Source: Bacteroidaceae bacterium
Lineage (GTDB): Bacteria; Bacteroidota; Bacteroidia; Bacteroidales; Bacteroidaceae
Assembly (NCBI GenBank): GCA_017469525.1
Contig: JAFUGG010000016.1
Location: 77 to 64,076 of the forward strand
Direction: 5' to 3'
Length of the DNA stretch: 64,000 nucleotides
The position numbers and the translations under genes were made by a program. The notes under the pieces are model-generated. The model searched no databases, was not told the DNA's origin, and saw only the letters and a list, made by a program, of their open reading frames with translations. The stretch's first letter is position 1, and each line of letters opens with the position of its first letter. This document shows, in pieces, positions 1 to 9,541 of this stretch.

Positions 1-75
1 GCAATAAAAGAAAATCTTAGAAGTCTTAGCGGACAGCAATGATTAAGAATGCGGCTATTGTTCGCCCATACATAC

Positions 76-166
76 AAAAAAAAACTCTTCGGAGGAGTTT
101 TTTCTGCTCTTCGGAGGAATATTTTTCCCTCTTCGGTCGCGTAAAAACTCCTCCGAAGAGGAAAAA
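76..166. terminator. Cluster of short CTCTTCGG-type hairpins with flanking A/T runs, downstream of the GH43 gene
   Basis: CTCTTCGGAGG occurs at 85-95 and 107-117. CCTCTTCGG at 128-136 pairs with its reverse complement CCGAAGAGG at 153-161 (9-bp stem). An A9 run (76-84) and a T6 run (98-103) flank the first hairpin. Confidence 0.4.
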
Positions 167-189
167 GGGGGGCTTAAGCTCTGCGTTCC

Positions 190-1302
190 TTATTGGCAGA
201 CAATCTCCTGCGGCTCGGTGGTCGGGCCATCGACCGTGAGGACGCCATTCTCGTCGATGTTGAGTTTGTCCATCAGGACGACGCGTTCGGCGGGATTGCT
301 TGTCATACGACCATGATAGACGCAGTAGCGCTGGCCGTCAGGCATCGTGAGGACCATGTTGTGGCCTGTGCCCATCACCGTGCCGCCGCGGCTCACGTTC
401 TCCTGCAGCACGGGATTGTTCTCGGCCTTCGTGAAGGGACCGAGCGGGTTGTCGGCTGTGGCGTAACCTACGGCATAGTACTGTCCTCCATAATGGTTTG
501 CGCTATACATTATATAATATGTGTCGCCTTCGCGGAACAGGTAGCTGCCTTCCGTCCAACGGCGGTTCACCTCACCATGCGTGGCGCTGCGGCTCTCCCA
601 TTCGCTCTGTTTGTCGGAAAGTTTTGTAGGCGGCTGAAGCAGCAGCACAGGTTCGCCGATGACGCCGCTGAAGTCGGGCTTCAGTTCTACACCATACACC
701 CAGCTCTCCTCTATTTCCTGGAAGCTGCCGGCCTTGCGGAGGCTGTCGGCAATCTCGCTCTCCACGGCGTGCTTATAGCAGCAGCGACTGAAGTAGAGGT
801 AGCACTTGTCGGTCTTGTCGTCGAAGTAAACGTTGGCATCGATGATGGGATAGGGTGGATTGAAGACAGGACGGTCGTAGAGGTCCTTGAAGGGGCCAGC
901 CGGCGACTCGCTGACGGCCACGCCAATCTTGAAGTTCTCGCCTTCGTTCGTGGGGTTCTCCCTGTAGTTGGAACTATAGAAGAGATAGTACTTGCCGTCG
1001 CGCTCGTAAACCTCCGGTGCCCAGAAGCAATCGACGTTCCACTGGGTGGAGTCGCCGCCCTTATAGACTTGTCCGCAGGAGTCCCAGTCGATGAGGTCGT
1101 CGCTCACAAAGGCTTCGAAGCCGTCGCCCAGCGAGGTGCCGTACATGTAGTAACGCCCGTCGCTGGCATGCAGCAGGAAGGGGTCGCCGAACTTCAATGG
1201 GATGGGGTTCGTCACGGTGCTTGTCTTCATCTCGGCCTCCTTGCCAGAATTGCAAGCGAGGAAGCATAGGCACAGGAGTGCCGTTAAGAGTTTTGCTTTC
1301 AT
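190..1302 (-). CDS. Glycoside hydrolase family 43 lipoprotein (xylosidase/arabinofuranosidase-like)
   Basis: 370-aa ORF with lipoprotein-type signal MKAKLLTALLCLCFLAC. GH43-like motifs are present: FGDPFLL, WAPEVYERDGKYYLFYS, GTGHNMV. Confidence 0.8.
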   Translation of the reverse strand: MKAKLLTALLCLCFLACNSGKEAEMKTSTVTNPIPLKFGDPFLLHASDGRYYMYGTSLGDGFEAFVSDDLIDWDSCGQVYKGGDSTQWNVDCFWAPEVYERDGKYYLFYSSNYRENPTNEGENFKIGVAVSESPAGPFKDLYDRPVFNPPYPIIDANVYFDDKTDKCYLYFSRCCYKHAVESEIADSLRKAGSFQEIEESWVYGVELKPDFSGVIGEPVLLLQPPTKLSDKQSEWESRSATHGEVNRRWTEGSYLFREGDTYYIMYSANHYGGQYYAVGYATADNPLGPFTKAENNPVLQENVSRGGTVMGTGHNMVLTMPDGQRYCVYHGRMTSNPAERVVLMDKLNIDENGVLTVDGPTTEPQEIVCQ

Positions 1303-1304
1303 AA

Positions 1305-1880
1305 TTAGTGTTTATAGTCTTCGCTGGTTGTGACTGTTTGCGTGTTCTTCGGGTCGCTGTCGGCTTCGCGGAACCAGTCGCTGTATTCGATGTAGTGCCG
1401 CGCGTAGGTTTTGTTCAGGGCTTGAGCCTGTTCGGGGTCAACCTTCTTGATGAACTTGGCAGGCACTCCGCCCCAAAGCTCGCCGTCGCCTATCTGAGTA
1501 TTGCTCAGCACGAGTGCTCCTGCAGCTACGATGGCGCCCTTTCCCACTACGGCGTGGTCGAGCACTGTTGCGCCCATGCCAACCAATGCACCGTCCTTGA
1601 CTTCGCAACCATGCAGGGTGACGCAGTGTCCGATGGTCACGTCGTCGCCCAAGATGCAAGGCGCTTTGCCGTTGAGCGTATGGATACATGAGTTGTCTTG
1701 GACGTTCGTGCGATTGCCTATCTTGACGAAATGTACGTCGCCACGAATGACGGCATTGAACCAGACGGTGCAGTCGTCGCCCATCTCTACGTCGCCCACT
1801 ATCACGGCACCCTCGCTGAAGTAGCAATGTTTGCCAAATCGGGGAGCAGGCATCCCCTTGAGTGTCTTTATGATTGCCAT
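1305..1880 (-). CDS. Gamma-carbonic-anhydrase-like / hexapeptide-repeat (LbH) protein
   Basis: Left-handed beta-helix hexapeptide repeats (VIVGDVEMGDDCTVWFNAVIRGDVHFVKIGNRTNVQDNSCIHT). I chose the internal start MAIIKTLKG at 1880 because the upstream extension has no family-like sequence. Confidence 0.7.
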   Translation of the reverse strand: MAIIKTLKGMPAPRFGKHCYFSEGAVIVGDVEMGDDCTVWFNAVIRGDVHFVKIGNRTNVQDNSCIHTLNGKAPCILGDDVTIGHCVTLHGCEVKDGALVGMGATVLDHAVVGKGAIVAAGALVLSNTQIGDGELWGGVPAKFIKKVDPEQAQALNKTYARHYIEYSDWFREADSDPKNTQTVTTSEDYKH

Positions 1881-1967
1881 GTGGCCTCCTCCATACCTCC
1901 CCCTAAAGGGAGAGGCTTTATATTTGTTGTTACTATATTTTCTTGTTTCTGCCAATCTCCCTTCCCT

Positions 1968-3653
1968 TTAGGGGAGGGTTGGGGAGAGGCTTTCCTTCTC
2001 CTCTTCCGTCAAGTAGGGCGAGAGCTCGTCATATACTTTCTTATGATATGTATTGAGGTAAGTAATTTCTTCTGGCGTCATCATGTCCCAGATGACGGGT
2101 GTGAGGTCGATTGGGCAAAGCGTGAGGGGTTCGAGATGCAGGAAGCGGCCGAACTCCGTTTCGCCGTCCTCGACGATGAGCATCGTGTTCTCGATGCGCA
2201 CGCCATGCTTGCCTTGTCGGTAGATGCCGGGCTCGTTGGTGACCGTCATGCCTGCATGCAGCGGGGCAGGCTTCCATGTGTGTCGAATCTGATGAGGCCC
2301 TTCGTGCACACACAGATACGAGCCGACGCCGTGACCGGTGCCGTGTCCGTAGTTGATGCCGTGCTGCCACATCGCATAACGTGCCAGGGCATCTATCTGC
2401 GTGCCGCTTATTCCGTCGGGGAACCTGGTGAGCGCCAAACGGATATGTCCCTTGAGAACCAAGGTGTAGTCAAGTCGTTCCTCGTCCGTCAAGGGACCGA
2501 GCGCGATGGTTCGCGTGATGTCTGTCGTGCCGTCTTGATATTGGGCGCCGCTGTCCAGCAGCAGCAAGCCTTTCGGTTTGAGCACGACATCCGACTCCGG
2601 CGTGGCTTCGTAGTGGACGATGGCACCATGCGGTCCGTAGGCAGCAATCGTGTCGAACGAGAGGCCTCGATACAGGTCTTGCTCTGCCCTGAGAGCCGTC
2701 AACTTCCTGTCGATGCTGAGTTCTGTCTCCTTTCCTGCTTCTACGGCTGGCTTCAACCAACGCAGGAACCGCACCATCGCCACGCCATCTCGAATCATCG
2801 CCCTGCGGAAACCTTCAATTTCAGCATGGTTCTTAATCGATTTCATAGCGGGAATAGGGTCGAAAGCCTTGCTTTCAAAGCTTGGTTTGCCATAAGGAAG
2901 AACCTTTACACCTATTCTATTTAGGTAGTTCTTAACGCTGTCATCGAGCTTTTCGCTGTCGATGAAGAGCGTCACATCATCTTGCGTGAGCAAGACATAG
3001 CAGACGAAAACGGGGTTGCAATGTACGTCGGAGCCTCGCATATTGAGGAGCCAGGCGATTTCATCCAGTTGGGAGATGACGAGATACTCAGCCTTTTGCT
3101 CCCTCATGGCCTGCCGCACGCGCTCAATCTTGCTTTCGGCCGACTCGCCGGCAAACTCCAGAGGCTGAATCTCGACCTTGTTCTTGGGGATGGGCGGGCG
3201 GTCTGTCCATAGTTCCTGGGCTGGGTCGAGGTCCGTTCTGAGCTTGATGCCAGCCTTGCCCAACGCAGCTTCCAACTCCTCGATTTCAGTTGCGGTAAAG
3301 ACTTCGCCGTCGATGCCAACCACTTCCCCTTCTTTGAGTTGCTGACAAAGCCACTCAGTGATGGTCGGCGTCTCTGCCAATCCTTCCTTCATTAAATGGA
3401 AGGGTGTGCCACTGAGTTGCTGCTCGGCTGCGATGAAATAACGGCTGTCCGTCCAGAGTGCTGCGTCGGAAAGGGTGACGACAGCTGTTCCGGCACTTCC
3501 GTCGAAACCGCTTATCCACTGCCGCGTCTGCCAATGCCGAGGCACATACTCGCCCTGATGCGGGTCTGTGCTGGGGAAGATGAAGGCCTGCAGGCCGTTA
3601 CGTCGCAGATATTCATGTAGTTCCTTGACTCTTTCTTCTATGCTTGTTGCCAT
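1968..3653 (-). CDS. Xaa-Pro aminopeptidase (peptidase M24B, aminopeptidase P family)
   Basis: 561-aa ORF. It has a creatinase-like N-terminal region (GFDGSAGTAVVT) and an M24 pita-bread metal-site context (DSGAQYQDGTTDITRT, GHGVGSYLCVHEGP, TNEPG). Confidence 0.8.
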   Translation of the reverse strand: MATSIEERVKELHEYLRRNGLQAFIFPSTDPHQGEYVPRHWQTRQWISGFDGSAGTAVVTLSDAALWTDSRYFIAAEQQLSGTPFHLMKEGLAETPTITEWLCQQLKEGEVVGIDGEVFTATEIEELEAALGKAGIKLRTDLDPAQELWTDRPPIPKNKVEIQPLEFAGESAESKIERVRQAMREQKAEYLVISQLDEIAWLLNMRGSDVHCNPVFVCYVLLTQDDVTLFIDSEKLDDSVKNYLNRIGVKVLPYGKPSFESKAFDPIPAMKSIKNHAEIEGFRRAMIRDGVAMVRFLRWLKPAVEAGKETELSIDRKLTALRAEQDLYRGLSFDTIAAYGPHGAIVHYEATPESDVVLKPKGLLLLDSGAQYQDGTTDITRTIALGPLTDEERLDYTLVLKGHIRLALTRFPDGISGTQIDALARYAMWQHGINYGHGTGHGVGSYLCVHEGPHQIRHTWKPAPLHAGMTVTNEPGIYRQGKHGVRIENTMLIVEDGETEFGRFLHLEPLTLCPIDLTPVIWDMMTPEEITYLNTYHKKVYDELSPYLTEEEKESLSPTLP

Positions 3654-3713
3654 ACCTAACGAGGTGGGGAGTTTGCAGGTACATGAACCTGCAAACCATC
3701 CATGCTATTGCGT

Positions 3714-6700
3714 TTATTGAAGGACCACTTTGTGTCCGTTCGTTATGTATATTCCTTTTTGTGGTTTTCCGCTGAGCTGTCGTCCGCTCAGGTCAAAGTA
3801 TCTGCCATCGGACGATGTGCCGTTAGCGAATGGAGTGCGGATGCCGTCGGGATCCTCATTGAAGTAGGAGCCGTCGTAGTACCATACGGGCAGGTGAGAC
3901 CTGTCGGGCACGGGGTGTGCATCCTCGTCGAGCGTCTGCGTCCATGCCTGCTTGTCGTCCGTCCTGCCAGCGTTGAGCTGGTAGCAAAGCTTTCCGCTTG
4001 CCATGTCGAGCGCGTCTGTGCTGATGGCATCGGCAGGTTTCGTGGCCTCCCACTCCGTTAGGTAGTAGGTGTTGGAGAGTATGGCACGGCCGTTGTTGCG
4101 CGAGATGATGTCGCCGCCTTCGGTGCTGATGTTCATATTGCCGAGCATCAGGCAGTTCGAGATGAAACAGGTCTCGGTGGCCCATCCCACGAGTCCGCCG
4201 CAGCTGTTGACGCTTTCGCCGTTGATGGAGCCGGCGAAGATGCAGTCTTGCATCTGGCTGATGTTGCTGCCTCCGCTGGTGAGGCCTGCCAGCCCACCGT
4301 GGGTGCCGTCGCCGACTATGGTTGCGTTGATGTCGATGTAGCTCTGGCAGCGCAGCAGCGTACCGCCCTTGAGGTTGGCGGCAAAGCCGGCGTACTTGCG
4401 GCTGGTGGCAATTGTTCCGCGCAGGATGAGGTCCTTCACTGTGCCAGACAGGTGGCAGAACAGCCCTGCATAGTCAGCGTTGCGGGTCAGGCCGATGGTG
4501 ATGGTGTGCCCGTTTCCGTCGAAGATTCCTTCGTAGTCCTTGCCTTCGCCAATCATCGTGGTGGGGTAGGCGGTGAAATCTATGTCGTCGGTGAGTACAC
4601 CGCAGATGTCGGTGTGGCCGTTCTCCACGAGCTGGGCGAAGGCACGGAGCATCTCGGGCGAGCCGATGAGGTAGTATCCTCGTTCGTCGCGAGGCATGCT
4701 GTCCATGTCAACGTAGCCGCAGTACTGGCACGTTCCTCCTTGGAACTCGTGCTCGTCCTGCCCGTTGCGCGAGGCGTCGTTGGTGAAGCCGTCGATGGAC
4801 GTATAGGGCGAGCCGTCACAATGAACACGGGAGAAACAATAAACGATGCCATGCGATGTGTCCGGCACGGGCGTGATGTCCGAGCCAAGCGTCTGCCTCC
4901 ACGATGTGCTGCCGGGTTGTCTGTCTTCGAGCATGAAGCAAGCCTCGCCGTAGGCCAGTTGGCTTTCCGTCAGCATGAATACGTCAGAGCATCCGTTTGC
5001 GGCACCCCAGTCGCCCTGGATATAGTTGTTGACAGAGACGACGTTGTCTGGGTTGCGGGCCAGCACATCGCTGTTGCTCGTGCCAACAGTATAGCTGCTC
5101 GTGACGAGGCAGTTCGATATGTGAGTCGTGCCGTCCGCCCATCCCGACACGCCGGCGCAGCAGCTGGTGCTGCTCCCGAGTATGCTTCCGCTGACGAGAC
5201 ACTCGCGGATGACTGTCCCGCTACGCGATACACCGACGATGCCGCCGTGTGTGCCGTCGCCATTCACCGTGCTGGAGATGCTGACACGGCTCTGGCAGCG
5301 CTCGATGGTAGCGTTCTCCGTGTTGCCGGCAATGCCGCCGGCATACTTTGCAGAGGTCGTTATGGTGCCCGTCGTGGTGAGGTCGTGGACGTACCCCGAT
5401 AGGTAGCAGAACAGTCCGGCATGTTCTGCGTTGCGGCGTTGAGCCAGTTTGATGGTGTGCCCCGCCCCGTCGAACTCGCCCTTGTAGGCGCCGCCTGTAC
5501 CTATCATGACGCCAGGATAGTCCGTGAAATCAATGTCGTCTTTCAGCACGCCGCACAGAGAAAGTTGTCCCGCATTGACCTGCGCCGCAAAGTCCGCCAA
5601 GGCTTCTGCCGAAGCAATCTCTACGGTGTCTGGCATCTCGACGTCCTCCTCCTGGTTGATTATCTCGTCGAGCCACGGGATGCGGTTCTCTACGTATTCC
5701 TTTATCCACCCCACCTCGACCTCATACGAGCCGCCGGCCCTCGGATTGACCTGTATCAGCTGGTTCAGGATAGGCCATCGCATGAAGTTGAGCCGCTGCG
5801 ACTGCAAGAGCTCGTTGGCTGTCGAGTCGATATAGGCAGTGAGGCTCTCTGCCGTGACATCCCTTTCCGCCCGTGCCTCGTTCCACATTGCGGCCATAGA
5901 GTCGCGCAGAGCTTGGTCGGTGAACAGCCTTTTGAGAAAGGCCGCCGAATTGCCTGCGCCACCCTTGGAGAGCGAGAGGAAGTTGCCGAGATTGTTAATG
6001 GGGAAGTAGCGATTGTCGTTGTCGAAGGCATTGTCAAAGTCCCAGACTGGACCGACATGGAAGTGGTCGTCACCTCGTTCCTTGGTCAGGTAGCAGCTCC
6101 AGAAAGCGTCGGGATTGCCGGCTAGCTCTTCCGAAAGGAAGTACTGAACAAGGCTCCTCTCGTCGAGCCTCGTGCGGAAACCGACGTCTGGGTCGCTGAA
6201 GTTCGAAGACAAAATGCTTGCCTCCATCTGATTAAACTCGCTGCGTATGTATGCAGCCTGCTCCGTTGTGATGTCATCTTCGCCGGGGCTCTTGATGGTA
6301 ACAGGGTTACCTGCGGCGCTGGTGAACCATGAGACCTCTCGGTCAGCATATCCGTCAAGCTCGAGCAGGTAGCCGCCCGTGAGGAATTCGCCTTCCGTAT
6401 CGTAGGGTGTCATCTCGGTGATGTCGATACGGTTCCTGTCTACTGTCAGCTGGTCGGTGAGCTGATAGCAGCCACGATACTCGCCGTTGACGATGACATC
6501 CACAGGCTTGCTCCACGGCACATAGTCCATGCCGATGCGACGAGCTATCTCGAATGCCACGAGGTTGCGCATCAAGGTCTTGTCGTCATAGTTATTGATG
6601 AGTGTCCACTTCCTGGCTTTTGCAGGGGATCGCATCGTCGAACCTTTGAACAAGCGCGACGAGGTGTCGAGTTTGATGCGGTAAGGCTTCTTGGGATGTG

Positions 6701-8255
6701 CCATCGAAGCGTTGCCTCGAAGACGCGTCGTGCCCGTCTCCTCCTGTATCATTGTGCCGTCGGCATAGATGAAAGTGATGGACGAGGTGATGTCGTTGAC
6801 CTTGTCATACGGCTCGACATTATCGACAGTCCTGAAGGAAACGGTCGGGAGATTAGTCAGCTGGTAGAACTGCGAGTCGTCGCCCTCTCCTGCATGGCCA
6901 TAGAACTCAACCTCCGCAACGTTGCATCGTCCATCGGCCGGGCCGACGTAGCGAACGTAGCGGAAGCCTCTCGATACATTCACATCGGCATAGCTCATCT
7001 CGCCAATCGTTCCTTCCTTATCTATAATATATAAAGGAACGGCATCCATGAAGTCGGGGCTGTTGGCTCCCTCAAAGATGGCCAGGAGCATTCGCCTTGG
7101 TCCGAGACCATCATTGCGAGGCGACCATCCGAGACGCGTGATGATGTGCGGCTCACCGAGGTCAAGGCCTACCCACGTCCTGCTACGTTCATAGGAGGCA
7201 AAGAATGTGGAGAGGTCCCCGTCGAAGGCGTTGGCAGCGGTGTTGACCGTCGTGCTTGCCTGCCCTGTCGAATAGTCCACGCTCAGCTCTGTGCCTATGA
7301 CATTTCCGAGGAGCAACTCGTCTTGAGCGCTCATCCTTGCCGAAAAGCAAGGCGTCATCAAGCAAAGGAGCAGAGCCAGAGGCAATGCTTTGCTTGCCGG
7401 AGGGAGTTTTGTCTCTTGCTTCAAACCACAGAATGGGCAGTAATGTGCATCGAAGGGTAGGGGCGAGCCGCATTCCGGGCAAGTGTCTTCCTTGCGTTTC
7501 GTCTTATGGTCGTGCACCATCTGTGCGCTGACGATGCCTGTCGGGACAGCCATGATGGTGTAGCCCATCAGCATGACTATCATGCAGAGGACTCTCCCGA
7601 GGGTCGTTGCCGGAGCGATGTCGCCGTAGCCCACCGTCGTCATCGTCACGACGGCCCAGTAGATGCTCGTCGGGATGTCGGTGAAGGGAGTGCCCGGGAT
7701 GTTGCCTTCCACCATATACATGAGGGTTCCCATGCTGATGACCATGATGACCATGAAGAGGAAGAAGACGCCAATCTTCGGGGCGCTGATGATGAGCGAA
7801 CGCATCAGCAGGTCGCCCTCTTGCAGGAAGCTGAAGAGCTTAAACACGCGGAAGACGCGAATGAGGCGGAAGGTTCGCACTATCATCAGGTAGCGAACGG
7901 GACCGAATATCCAGCCGATGTATAGCGGCAAGGTGCTCAGCAGGTCAATGATTCCGAAGAAGCTCAAGGCATACTCGCGTGGCTTGTCGGAACAGTAAAG
8001 GCGACAAAGGTACTCGAGCGTAAAGAAGAACGTGAAGACGTACTCCAGTATGGTGAACACCAACTTAGCCGTCGGCGGCATCGTCTGCAGGCTTTCCAGT
8101 ACGACAACCAGTATGCTTGCGACTATGCAGCAGAGAAGCGTGACATCAAACGTCTTTCCGAGAGGTGTGTCGCTCTGGAAGATGATGACGCGCAACTTCT
8201 CCCTAAGCGCTTCATTTCGCATGGCTTTCTGCCAAAACCTTCGGATGGTGTTCAT
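3714..8255 (-). CDS. 1513-aa in-frame fusion: voltage-gated K+ channel, zinc ribbon, signal-like segment, discoidin (F5/8 type C) domain, CotH kinase-like domain, two GLUG-motif modules and a T9SS C-terminal sorting domain
   Basis: Single uninterrupted ORF. It contains an S4-like RTFRLIRVFRVFKLF segment and the selectivity filter TTVGYGDI, followed by CPECG..CPFCG. The next stretch, KALPLALLLCLMTPCFSARMSAQ, looks like a signal peptide. CotH-like motifs (YRIKLD, GPVWDFDNAF) follow, then two roughly 300-aa paralogous modules (DIDFT.YP...AGLFC.LSG...DGTHGG). The tail GIYITNGHKVVLQ is typical of T9SS sorting domains. Confidence 0.75.
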   Translation of the reverse strand: MNTIRRFWQKAMRNEALREKLRVIIFQSDTPLGKTFDVTLLCCIVASILVVVLESLQTMPPTAKLVFTILEYVFTFFFTLEYLCRLYCSDKPREYALSFFGIIDLLSTLPLYIGWIFGPVRYLMIVRTFRLIRVFRVFKLFSFLQEGDLLMRSLIISAPKIGVFFLFMVIMVISMGTLMYMVEGNIPGTPFTDIPTSIYWAVVTMTTVGYGDIAPATTLGRVLCMIVMLMGYTIMAVPTGIVSAQMVHDHKTKRKEDTCPECGSPLPFDAHYCPFCGLKQETKLPPASKALPLALLLCLMTPCFSARMSAQDELLLGNVIGTELSVDYSTGQASTTVNTAANAFDGDLSTFFASYERSRTWVGLDLGEPHIITRLGWSPRNDGLGPRRMLLAIFEGANSPDFMDAVPLYIIDKEGTIGEMSYADVNVSRGFRYVRYVGPADGRCNVAEVEFYGHAGEGDDSQFYQLTNLPTVSFRTVDNVEPYDKVNDITSSITFIYADGTMIQEETGTTRLRGNASMAHPKKPYRIKLDTSSRLFKGSTMRSPAKARKWTLINNYDDKTLMRNLVAFEIARRIGMDYVPWSKPVDVIVNGEYRGCYQLTDQLTVDRNRIDITEMTPYDTEGEFLTGGYLLELDGYADREVSWFTSAAGNPVTIKSPGEDDITTEQAAYIRSEFNQMEASILSSNFSDPDVGFRTRLDERSLVQYFLSEELAGNPDAFWSCYLTKERGDDHFHVGPVWDFDNAFDNDNRYFPINNLGNFLSLSKGGAGNSAAFLKRLFTDQALRDSMAAMWNEARAERDVTAESLTAYIDSTANELLQSQRLNFMRWPILNQLIQVNPRAGGSYEVEVGWIKEYVENRIPWLDEIINQEEDVEMPDTVEIASAEALADFAAQVNAGQLSLCGVLKDDIDFTDYPGVMIGTGGAYKGEFDGAGHTIKLAQRRNAEHAGLFCYLSGYVHDLTTTGTITTSAKYAGGIAGNTENATIERCQSRVSISSTVNGDGTHGGIVGVSRSGTVIRECLVSGSILGSSTSCCAGVSGWADGTTHISNCLVTSSYTVGTSNSDVLARNPDNVVSVNNYIQGDWGAANGCSDVFMLTESQLAYGEACFMLEDRQPGSTSWRQTLGSDITPVPDTSHGIVYCFSRVHCDGSPYTSIDGFTNDASRNGQDEHEFQGGTCQYCGYVDMDSMPRDERGYYLIGSPEMLRAFAQLVENGHTDICGVLTDDIDFTAYPTTMIGEGKDYEGIFDGNGHTITIGLTRNADYAGLFCHLSGTVKDLILRGTIATSRKYAGFAANLKGGTLLRCQSYIDINATIVGDGTHGGLAGLTSGGSNISQMQDCIFAGSINGESVNSCGGLVGWATETCFISNCLMLGNMNISTEGGDIISRNNGRAILSNTYYLTEWEATKPADAISTDALDMASGKLCYQLNAGRTDDKQAWTQTLDEDAHPVPDRSHLPVWYYDGSYFNEDPDGIRTPFANGTSSDGRYFDLSGRQLSGKPQKGIYITNGHKVVLQ

Positions 8256-8305
8256 TTCTTTATCAGTGTAGTTGAGTTAAGGCGGTGTCTTGTCTTGCCT
8301 GGTTC

Positions 8306-9469
8306 TCAGAAGAGCGTGTTCTCGATTATCTTGCCCATCTGCCAAACGCAACGTACGTTGAGCTTCTCGTCGAGTATGACAATGTCGGCATCCTTGCCTC
8401 GAGCCAATGCGCCCTTTCTGCCAAAGACGCCCATGATGTGTGCCGGCGTTTCGCTTGCCATGCGGACTGCATCCTCCAGAGGCACTTCTGCTTGCTGCAC
8501 CATGGTGCGGACCAGTCGGTCGGTTGTAGCGATGGATCCTGCCAAGGCACTGCGGTCGGCGAGCTTGCAGACGCCGTCCTCGATGATGACACGGTCGTCG
8601 AAAGCCTTTGCGTCCGACGGAGCTGCAGCCACAGCCAAGGCATCCGTGATGAGAGCCATGCGTTCGACGCCCTTAATCTTATAGGCCATGCGGAGGATTG
8701 TGGGCGGAACGTGGATGCCGTCGGCAATACATTCGATGGTCATATCGTCAATGAGATAGACGCTTTCGACAGTGCCCTCGTACTTGTAGCCCATTTTGTT
8801 GTGGAAGCCAGGCATGGCGTTGTAGAAGTGCGTGACATGGGTGAAGCCTGCTTCGAAAGCGGCTTTCACATCGTCGTACTCAGCGTTGGTATGTGCTATA
8901 CTTGGCAAGATTCCCTTCTCTGCGCAGTAGCGTCCGAACTGCAAGGCGCCCGGAAGCTCCGGGGCAGCGTCCCATCGTGCCAGACATTCCGACTTTTCCA
9001 CGATGGGGATGTACTCGTTGGGGTCAGGGTTCTTAATCCATCCCGGTTGCTGTGCCCCTGCTTTTGTGGGGTTGAGGTAGTGTCCCTCGAGGTGCAGGCC
9101 GAGGATGGGCGAGTCCTTCTCCTGCATGAGTTTGGCGCAGGTCTGTACTGCTTTCTCAATCATGGGCACCGTACTGCTCGAGAGCGTCGGGAAGATGGCG
9201 GTTGTGCCATGCTTTGCGTGAGCGGCAACGGCGGTACGGAACGCTTCGGGCGTACCTTCTTGGAAGTCACGGCCGCCGCCTCCGTGGACGTGCATGTCGA
9301 TGAATCCTGGCACGACGCACATGCCTTTTGCATCGACGAGGTCCGCTCCGATGACGGCCAAATCGCAGTTCGTAACTTCAAGAATCTTGTTGTCTCTGAG
9401 GATGACGCTGCCGTTCTTGAGCCATCCCTGCGGCGTCAAGATTTTGGCATTGATGATTTGTGTTAACAT
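8306..9469 (-). CDS. nagA: N-acetylglucosamine-6-phosphate deacetylase
   Basis: 387-aa amidohydrolase with FIDMHVHGGGG, the typical NagA metal-binding motif, and overall NagA-like length and layout. Confidence 0.85.
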   Translation of the reverse strand: MLTQIINAKILTPQGWLKNGSVILRDNKILEVTNCDLAVIGADLVDAKGMCVVPGFIDMHVHGGGGRDFQEGTPEAFRTAVAAHAKHGTTAIFPTLSSSTVPMIEKAVQTCAKLMQEKDSPILGLHLEGHYLNPTKAGAQQPGWIKNPDPNEYIPIVEKSECLARWDAAPELPGALQFGRYCAEKGILPSIAHTNAEYDDVKAAFEAGFTHVTHFYNAMPGFHNKMGYKYEGTVESVYLIDDMTIECIADGIHVPPTILRMAYKIKGVERMALITDALAVAAAPSDAKAFDDRVIIEDGVCKLADRSALAGSIATTDRLVRTMVQQAEVPLEDAVRMASETPAHIMGVFGRKGALARGKDADIVILDEKLNVRCVWQMGKIIENTLF

Positions 9470-9541
9470 GGGAAGTTAGTTGTTAGATTTATCATTCAGT
9501 CGTGTTTCATTTTTTATTTGGGTTTCTCCCCTTTGGGGGAG

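Noticed and set aside
39-239. 66-aa plus-strand ORF at the window start.
   Set aside because: It runs through the hairpin/terminator cluster and into the 3' end of the GH43 gene. The K/R-rich sequence is explained by the A/T runs.
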